This document shows positions 59,001 to 64,000 of a stretch of DNA of 64,000 nucleotides, in pieces (the stretch's first letter is position 1; each line of letters starts with the position of its first letter). The translations under genes and the position numbers were made by a program. Origin of the DNA: Candidatus Latescibacterota bacterium (lineage in GTDB: Bacteria > Latescibacterota > UBA2968 > GCA-2709665); contig OZ252228.1 of the NCBI GenBank assembly GCA_965249305.1, positions 3,172,284 to 3,236,283 on the forward strand, read 5' to 3'. The notes under the pieces were generated by a model. It ran no database searches, was not told the DNA's origin, and was given only the letters and a program-made list of their open reading frames with translations.

Positions 59001-59330
59001 GTTGAGGGGACGGCAGGTGTGTCCGATGTGACCTGCCAGCCCAGGATCATCTCGCCTTCGGGTGGGCTTTATCCCGGGGTGACGGACATTTCGTTTACGC
59101 TGGGTACATCGACGAATGTGGATATGAGGATTTACGGGGTATCGGGGAATTTGATTCGGGAGATTGTGAAAGCACAGAGGCTGAATGCGGGGTTGAATAC
59201 GGTGCAGTGGGACGGGCGGGATCGGAATGAGCAGGTGGTGAGGGATGGCATTTATGGCTCTTCGCTGTTTCACGTGGGTAATCATAAAAACCCGAACCAG
59301 TCTTCTTGCCGAGTGCGAGGTGGTTCCTAA
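55997..59330 (+). pseudogene. Secreted Reg_prop (two-component-regulator propeller repeat) / Ig-like / FlgD-Ig-T9SS-CTD protein, paralog 1, inactivated by a +1 frameshift near 56690..56697 and a MITE insertion at its 3' end
   Basis: Signal peptide LWCVVLCWVLLGCLGEVQAQQ. About 20 repeats of DGAMWFGT..GGVSRYDG..WQTFT..DGLA.N.V..IFQSRDGAMWFGT. The track splits it into 55934..56836 and 56634..59330 at GIV|SSVIQSDD, where the sequence has an extra T (GTCTTCTTCCGTG). The C-terminus ends ...VRDGIYGSSLFHVGNHKNPNQSSCRVRGGS* instead of the ...DGIYVVVV...ANKTVAVLNR seen in the paralog. The displaced tail YIVVIEADGMTANKTVAVLNR* is encoded at 59622..59685. Confidence 0.65.
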
Positions 59331-59614
59331 CCGTTTGCTCCGGTATCCGCACATGAGATCTCTCCTAAACACACGGCGGGTATTGAATGATCCGGAGATC
59401 CAGTTTGCCGTTTAGTCCATCGTAACAATTTATTATCTAACAACTTAAACAACTGTTTTTAAGATAGAATCCTGAGCAACAGACAACGGGTCGGGCAACA
59501 CCGTTGACAAAGAATACTCGAAGGCTGGTCCACAAAACCTGCAGCTTGGGCGTCTTGTCTACCACAACTGGTCGTTCCTGGGGGAAGGTTACCCACACCA
59601 AATAGCGAGGAGCC
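59257..59614. mobile_element. 358-bp MITE-like non-autonomous element with about 22-bp TIRs and 8-9-bp TSD GCATTTAT(G/A)
   Basis: Left TIR GCTCTTCGCTGTTTCACGTGGG. Right end reverse complement GCTCCTCGCTATTTGGTGTGGG (17/22 identical). Direct repeat GCATTTAT at 59248..59255 and 59615..59622. The element has no ORF. The paralogous gene (62920..62950) shows the empty site GGGATTTATGTTGTGGTG. Confidence 0.65.
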
Positions 59615-59692
59615 GCATTTATATTGTGGTGATTGAGGCCGATGGGATGACGGCGAATAAGACGGTGGCGGTTTTGAACCGGTGAGGGCCGC

Positions 59693-62600
59693 ATGAGGCG
59701 ACATATCCTGCGATCTCGATTTGCGTTGGGAAGACGATTGTGCAGGTGGGCGCTTCTGAGCTTGCTGCTTGTTGTAGATCCGTGGTACGGGGTGATACGA
59801 GCGCAACAGTGGACCACGTACACAGCGGCGGATGGCCTGGCCCACCCCAGTGTGAGGACTGTTTTTCAGTCTCGTGATGGTGCGATGTGGTTCGGCACGC
59901 TTGGTGGTGTAAGCCGGTATGACGGGATCTGGCGGACGTTTACGACAGGGGATGGCCTGGGCCACAATTTTGTAAATTCTATTTTTCAGTCTTCAGATGG
60001 CGCAATGTGGTTCGGGACGGGGGATCTCCTGGGAACCGGCGGTGGGGGTGGTGTGAGCCGATACGATGGGGGGCGATGGCGGACGTTTACCACAGCGGAC
60101 GGCCTGGCCGACAATTTTGTGGTTTCTGTTTTTCAGTCTCGTGATGGTGCGATGTGGTTCGGCACGCTGGGTGGTGTGAGCCGGTATGACGGGGGGCGAT
60201 GGCGGACGTTTACGACGGGGGATGGTCTGGCCGGTAATTATGTATTTTCTATTGTCCAGTCTCGTGATGGCGCTCTCTGGTTTGGGACAGAGAACGGTGT
60301 GAGCCGATACGATGGGGAGCGGTGGCAGACGTTTACCACAGCGGGCGGCCTGGCGGGCAGAGAGGTACTTTCTATCTTTCAGGCTCATGACGGGGCGATG
60401 TGGTTTGGATCGGGAGATCTCCTGGGTACTGGCGACGGCGGTGGTGGTGTGAGCCGATACGATGGGGAGCGGTGGCAGACGTTTACCACAGCGGACGGCT
60501 TGACCGACAACCTTGTCAATTCCGTTTTCCAGTCTCGGGATGGGGCGATGTGGTTTGGGACGGGAGATTTTCTGGGCACCGGTCGCGGCGTGAGTCGATA
60601 TGATGGAGAGAACTGGCAGACCCTTACCACAGCGGACGGCCTGTCCCACAATGTGGTGTGGTCTATTTTTCAGTCTCGGGATGGGGCGATGTGGTTCGCG
60701 ATGCCTTTTGGCGTGAGCCGATTTGACGCGAGCTGGCGGACGTTCACCACAGCAGACGGCCTGGCGGACAATTTTGTGAGTTCTGCTTTCCAGTCTCGGG
60801 ATGGGGCGATGTGGTTCGCAACGGGCACGATTTCCAGCGGGGGTGTGAATCGGTATGACGGTGAGAAATGGGAGACGTTTACGACCGAGAACAGCGGCCT
60901 GGCTCATAATAGTGTGACCTTTGTTTTTCAGTCTCGGGATGGGGCGATATGGTTTGGCACAGGGAATTTTTTGATTGGCAATGGCGGTGGTGTGAGCCGG
61001 TATGACGGTGAGAAGTGGGAGACGTTTACAACCGAAGACGGCCTGGCCAACGACACCGTGGTTTCTATCTACCAGGACCGTGACGGTGTGATGTGGTTCG
61101 GCACGGGGTTTCTTCTGGGCGCAGGCGGTGGTGTGAGCCGGTATGATGGGGAGAAGTGGGAGACGTTTACAACCGAAGACGGCCTGGGCCATACCAATGT
61201 GGGTTCTATTTTTCAGTCTGATGATGGGGCCATGTGGTTCGGGACACGCGGGGGTGCGAGCCGGTATGATGGGGAGCGCTGGCAGACGTTTACGACGGCG
61301 GACGGTCTGGTCCACAACGCTGTATTCGCCGTTCTCCAGTCTGATGATGGGGCCATGTGGTTCGGATCGGGCAATCCTATTGGTGGGGGTGGGGGCGCAA
61401 CTCGGTATGATGGAGAGAATTGGCAGACGTTCACAAAGGCCGACGGCCTGGCGGATGACCCGGTGGTTTCTGTTTTTCAGTCTGATGATGGGGCCATGTG
61501 GTTCGGGACCGTTGGGGGTGCGAGTCGGTATGATGGGGAGGATTGGCAGACGTTTACGACGGCGGACGGTCTGGCCGGCAATACGGTGGTTTCTATTTTT
61601 CAGTCTCGTGATGGGGCCATGTGGTTTGGGACGGATGGCGGCGTGAGCACTTTCCGCAGGCCGGCACACGCGCTTGTGCAGACGATGATTCTCCGTGCGC
61701 CTCCGCCCCTGCTCAGCGACGGTCGTTTCTTTTTTGAGTGCCGGGGGTTTGAGATCGGGTCCGACCGTCAGCCGCCGCTGTCCTTTGCGCTTACCCGCGG
61801 CGCGGCAGAACCGCAGGAGAGCGACTGGTCCCTGTTTTCGGTGGTCAGCGGATTTGGGGCATCGGATCTGGACAATGGAGAATGGACGTTCTATGTACGC
61901 GGCCAGGACCGCTACGGCAACATCGATCCAACGTCGGCGACGAGTACGTTTGTTGTGGATCTGACAGCGCCTACCGTAGCGATTTCCAGCCCCCGTAGCG
62001 GCGATGTGATCAGCGAGGATGCGCCCCTTATCGGCCTGGCATTCGACCGGTCGGCAACGCCGGACTTAGAGCGGTTTGTTCTGGAATACGGCCGGGGAGA
62101 GAAGGATGAAGTGGTCACGGAGTGGGTACCGATCGGCGAGCCGCAGTCCTCGCCTGTGGAGAACGATGTGCTGGGGGTCTGGCGGATAGAGGGTCTGCAG
62201 GACGGGGGCTACGTGCTGCGGATTTCGGCAACCGATAAGCTGGGGCACACCAGCGACCATACGGTGAGTGTGACGCTTGTGTCGGCACTTGAAGATCTTG
62301 AGAAGGATGTCGGCGGGCGCGTGGTTTCGCCAAAAGGGCGTGTTGAGTTGATGGTCCCACCCAACGGGTTGGTCAGGGATACGAGGGTGCAGATTACGTT
62401 CAGGCCCCGGGAGACGCTGTCTGCGCTGCCGGAGGTTGGGGTTTTGGGCATCGCATACGAGATCGGTCCGGGCGATCTCAGGTTCAACAAACGAAGCACA
62501 CTGACGATTGGATACGACCCGGTTGATGTTGTGGGGATGAACGAAGCGGATCTGGCGATTTTTATACTTTCCGGTGGGTCCTGGACAAGGCTGGGGGGAA

Positions 62601-62995
62601 CGGTGGATGAAACGGTGAACAAGATTTCGGTGGGGATCCAGGAGGCCGGGACGTATGCGCTGTTCGAGGCGGCTTCGGTGGAAGGCGCAACAGGCGTGTC
62701 CGAGGTGGTCTGCCAGCCCAGGATCATCTCGCCCTCGGGCGGGCTTTATCCCGGGACAACAGATATTTCATTTAAGCTGGGCAGATCGGCAAGCGTGGAT
62801 GTGAGGATTTACGGAGTATCGGGGAATTTGATTCGGGAGGTTGTGGGAGACCGGAGGCTGAATGCGGGGTTGAATATGGTACAGTGGGACGGGCGGGACA
62901 GGAATGGGCAGGTGGTGAAGGATGGGATTTATGTTGTGGTGGTCCGGACGGAGGGGCAGGCGGCGAATAAGACGGTGGCGGTGTTGAATCGATGA
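59693..62995 (+). CDS. Secreted Reg_prop beta-propeller / Ig-like / FlgD-Ig (T9SS-type C-terminal sorting domain-like) protein, intact paralog 2 (1100 aa)
   Basis: Signal peptide, about 22 Reg_prop repeats, and a C-terminal ...VDVRIYGVSGNLIREVVGDRRLNAGLNMVQWDGRDRNGQVVKDGIYVVVVRTEGQAANKTVAVLNR. The block ..IYD..G..V......G.N...WDG.D..G..V..GIY... is FlgD_ig / T9SS-CTD-like. Confidence 0.75.
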   Translation: MRRHILRSRFALGRRLCRWALLSLLLVVDPWYGVIRAQQWTTYTAADGLAHPSVRTVFQSRDGAMWFGTLGGVSRYDGIWRTFTTGDGLGHNFVNSIFQSSDGAMWFGTGDLLGTGGGGGVSRYDGGRWRTFTTADGLADNFVVSVFQSRDGAMWFGTLGGVSRYDGGRWRTFTTGDGLAGNYVFSIVQSRDGALWFGTENGVSRYDGERWQTFTTAGGLAGREVLSIFQAHDGAMWFGSGDLLGTGDGGGGVSRYDGERWQTFTTADGLTDNLVNSVFQSRDGAMWFGTGDFLGTGRGVSRYDGENWQTLTTADGLSHNVVWSIFQSRDGAMWFAMPFGVSRFDASWRTFTTADGLADNFVSSAFQSRDGAMWFATGTISSGGVNRYDGEKWETFTTENSGLAHNSVTFVFQSRDGAIWFGTGNFLIGNGGGVSRYDGEKWETFTTEDGLANDTVVSIYQDRDGVMWFGTGFLLGAGGGVSRYDGEKWETFTTEDGLGHTNVGSIFQSDDGAMWFGTRGGASRYDGERWQTFTTADGLVHNAVFAVLQSDDGAMWFGSGNPIGGGGGATRYDGENWQTFTKADGLADDPVVSVFQSDDGAMWFGTVGGASRYDGEDWQTFTTADGLAGNTVVSIFQSRDGAMWFGTDGGVSTFRRPAHALVQTMILRAPPPLLSDGRFFFECRGFEIGSDRQPPLSFALTRGAAEPQESDWSLFSVVSGFGASDLDNGEWTFYVRGQDRYGNIDPTSATSTFVVDLTAPTVAISSPRSGDVISEDAPLIGLAFDRSATPDLERFVLEYGRGEKDEVVTEWVPIGEPQSSPVENDVLGVWRIEGLQDGGYVLRISATDKLGHTSDHTVSVTLVSALEDLEKDVGGRVVSPKGRVELMVPPNGLVRDTRVQITFRPRETLSALPEVGVLGIAYEIGPGDLRFNKRSTLTIGYDPVDVVGMNEADLAIFILSGGSWTRLGGTVDETVNKISVGIQEAGTYALFEAASVEGATGVSEVVCQPRIISPSGGLYPGTTDISFKLGRSASVDVRIYGVSGNLIREVVGDRRLNAGLNMVQWDGRDRNGQVVKDGIYVVVVRTEGQAANKTVAVLNR

Positions 62996-63061
62996 CCTAA
63001 CCTCCGGCCTCTGCCCGTTTCGGGAGGGGCCGGGGGAGGGGTCAAAAAAGGAGAGTACCCT

Positions 63062-64000
63062 ATGAGACGCTTCGTTTGGATTGTCATCTGGATCTTTGCC
63101 GGGCTTGTGGGAGGACGGTCCGTGCTGGCCCAATCGGATGAGAATCTGTTTGTGGGGTCCAGGCCGCTTGCACTGGGGGGCGCGTTCACAGCAGTTGCAG
63201 ACGATGCGAATGCGATGTTTTACAACCCGGCGGGGCTCCAGTTTCTCCGGCAGCACGAGGTGACGTTTATGAATGCGGACCTCTTCGGGACGGGGATCCG
63301 GACCACGTATATCTCCTACGCGCTGCCGGTGAGCCGCCGGCAGGCGGTGGGGATCGACTGGCAGCACATCGGGTTTGGAGACGGGGAGCTTGGATTCAAC
63401 CGGGATGTCATCAAAGCGGCTTTTTCCCGGGAGCTGCATCCCAGGGTGTCGGTTGGGGGAAGTTTCAAGTATTTGTGGACGGATATGTCGCTGGACGGGC
63501 AGTCGGTGGGCAAGGGATCGGGCGTCGGGTTCGACGTGGGGGTGCTGTTCTCTCCGATGCCGAAGCTGAAGGTTGGGATCAACGTGCACGATGTGAGAGG
63601 GACCGGGGTGACCTATGACGGGGGTGGGTCGTCAACGCTGCTGCCGCGCATGGTGCGCGGGGGCGTGGCGTGGGAGGCGACGAAGAACCTGATGCTGGCG
63701 GCCGATGTGGATCGGAAGTTTCATCTGGGCGGGGAGTACCGGTTTCGGGATCTGATGACGTTTCGGATGGGGTCCCAGAAGGATTTGAAGACGTCCGACC
63801 CGCTGGAGATGACCTTCGGACTCGGACTGCGCTACAGGGCGTTCCAGGTCGATTTCACGCACGCGCCGGGCAGGCGGGGGGTGGGACAGACGCAGCGCTA
63901 CGGGTTCACGGTATCGTTCGACCCGGCCTCGTCCGCGGTGCGGATTGCGGGCATCGAGAGTGAGGAGTTGTTTGCATCCTATTACAAGAAGTACGACGGG
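63062..64000 (+). CDS. Outer-membrane beta-barrel protein, PorV/PorQ (T9SS-associated) / FadL-like family, partial (C-terminus beyond window end)
   Basis: Hand-translated: MRRFVWIVIWIFAGLVGGRSVLAQSDENLFVGSRPLALGGAFTAVADDANAMFYNPAGL... The aRa.alGGAf.AvaDDa.A.fyNPAGL N-terminal block is characteristic of the PorV/UPF0164/FadL-like OM channel family. The sequence shows alternating amphipathic strands. It is not in the ORF track because it has no stop in the window. Confidence 0.5.
   Translation, partial: MRRFVWIVIWIFAGLVGGRSVLAQSDENLFVGSRPLALGGAFTAVADDANAMFYNPAGLQFLRQHEVTFMNADLFGTGIRTTYISYALPVSRRQAVGIDWQHIGFGDGELGFNRDVIKAAFSRELHPRVSVGGSFKYLWTDMSLDGQSVGKGSGVGFDVGVLFSPMPKLKVGINVHDVRGTGVTYDGGGSSTLLPRMVRGGVAWEATKNLMLAADVDRKFHLGGEYRFRDLMTFRMGSQKDLKTSDPLEMTFGLGLRYRAFQVDFTHAPGRRGVGQTQRYGFTVSFDPASSAVRIAGIESEELFASYYKKYDG

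Noticed and set aside
59993-61669. 558-aa ORF on the minus strand, and many 60-170-aa ORFs (e.g. 60385..60651, 61143..61646, 57630..58589), antisense to the Reg_prop genes
   Set aside because: These are antisense or alternative-frame artefacts of a long, GC-rich, repetitive CDS. Their translations are low-complexity (R/P/H-rich) and mirror the repeat periodicity.
56000-61700. Regularly spaced ~130-140-bp DNA repeats that superficially resemble a CRISPR-like array
   Set aside because: The repeats are in-frame coding repeats of the Reg_prop beta-propeller (DGAMWFGT...). They are degenerate rather than identical, have no unique spacers, and have no cas genes.
62996-63045. Hairpin CCGGCCTCTGCCCGTTTCGGGAGGGGCCGG after the Reg_prop gene as an intrinsic terminator
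   Set aside because: On the plus strand it is followed by an A-run (GGTCAAAAAAGG), not a U-tract, and the sequence also contains the RBS for the PorV-like gene. I do not call a terminator.

Overview
This is a high-GC (about 60-65%) bacterial chromosomal segment, almost all of it coding and mostly on the minus strand. The host looks like an uncultivated Gram-negative lineage: sigma-54 regulators, secreted repeat (Reg_prop) proteins with T9SS/FlgD-Ig-like C-terminal domains, a PorV-like outer-membrane protein and ECF sigma factors all point that way. Several lower-GC islets sit in it, together with at least six mobile elements. From start to end the window holds the following.

- 1-801: a partial DDE IS transposase at the window edge.
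- 1.1-7.3 kb: housekeeping and hydrolase genes (thiI, a HicB-like protein, PHP, YaiI, BNR sialidase-like, neutral ceramidase-like, DoxX).
- 7.3-17.2 kb: a defense-island-like stretch. It has small hypothetical proteins, an AT-rich DUF350 + SLT islet, a BrnT/DUF4258-like ORF, a complete Type III R-M system (mod-res), and a Schlafen/AlbA_2-HATPase_c_4 gene that carries a (TPEV)n tandem repeat. A TIR-bounded IS630 element sits inside a duplicated 3' fragment of that same gene.
- 17.3-18.3 kb: a duplicated 5' fragment of the ceramidase gene, then a DUF1961-like gene.
- 18.4-21.4 kb: a nested insertion. An ISKra4-like IS with 27-bp TIRs, an 8-bp TSD and an in-frame TGA in its transposase is inserted into an IS701-like IS.
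- 21.8-31.3 kb: an epimerase, an AT-rich CPA2/Kef antiporter, a 697-aa DUF2341 / ~47-aa-repeat / LamG secreted protein, a PIG-L deacetylase, and an NtrC-type response regulator with a TPR histidine kinase.
- 31.3-37.3 kb: a large envelope-stress/membrane-microdomain cluster. It holds flotillin, NfeD (frameshifted), an ECF sigma factor, a TM2-domain protein, three PspB-like paralogs sharing a conserved coiled-coil tail, a wHTH membrane protein and pspA. pspA is preceded by a textbook sigma-54 -24/-12 promoter and an upstream palindrome.
- 37.4-40.9 kb: a LysM-amidase and a CopA-type P-type ATPase.
- 40.9-44.6 kb: a low-GC island encoding two overlapping, divergent AAA/STAND-like ATPases (Arch_ATPase+wHTH; ATPase+wHTH+TPR), next to an orphan parA. 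This is the best candidate here for an undescribed defense/regulatory module.
- 45.7-53.5 kb: a secreted TldD/TldE-like pair and an RND (AcrB-like) pump gene split by a low-GC IS4-family element with ~13-bp TSDs.
- 53.7-56.0 kb: hisA-like, thiL and a VOC gene.
- 56.0-63.0 kb: two tandem ~1000-aa Reg_prop beta-propeller / Ig / FlgD-Ig-CTD paralogs. The first is pseudogenised by a 1-nt frameshift and by a 358-bp MITE (22-bp TIRs, 8-9-bp TSD) inserted in its C-terminal sorting domain.
- 63.1 kb to the end: a partial PorV-like outer-membrane beta-barrel.

I did not recognise any rRNA, tRNA or CRISPR array.
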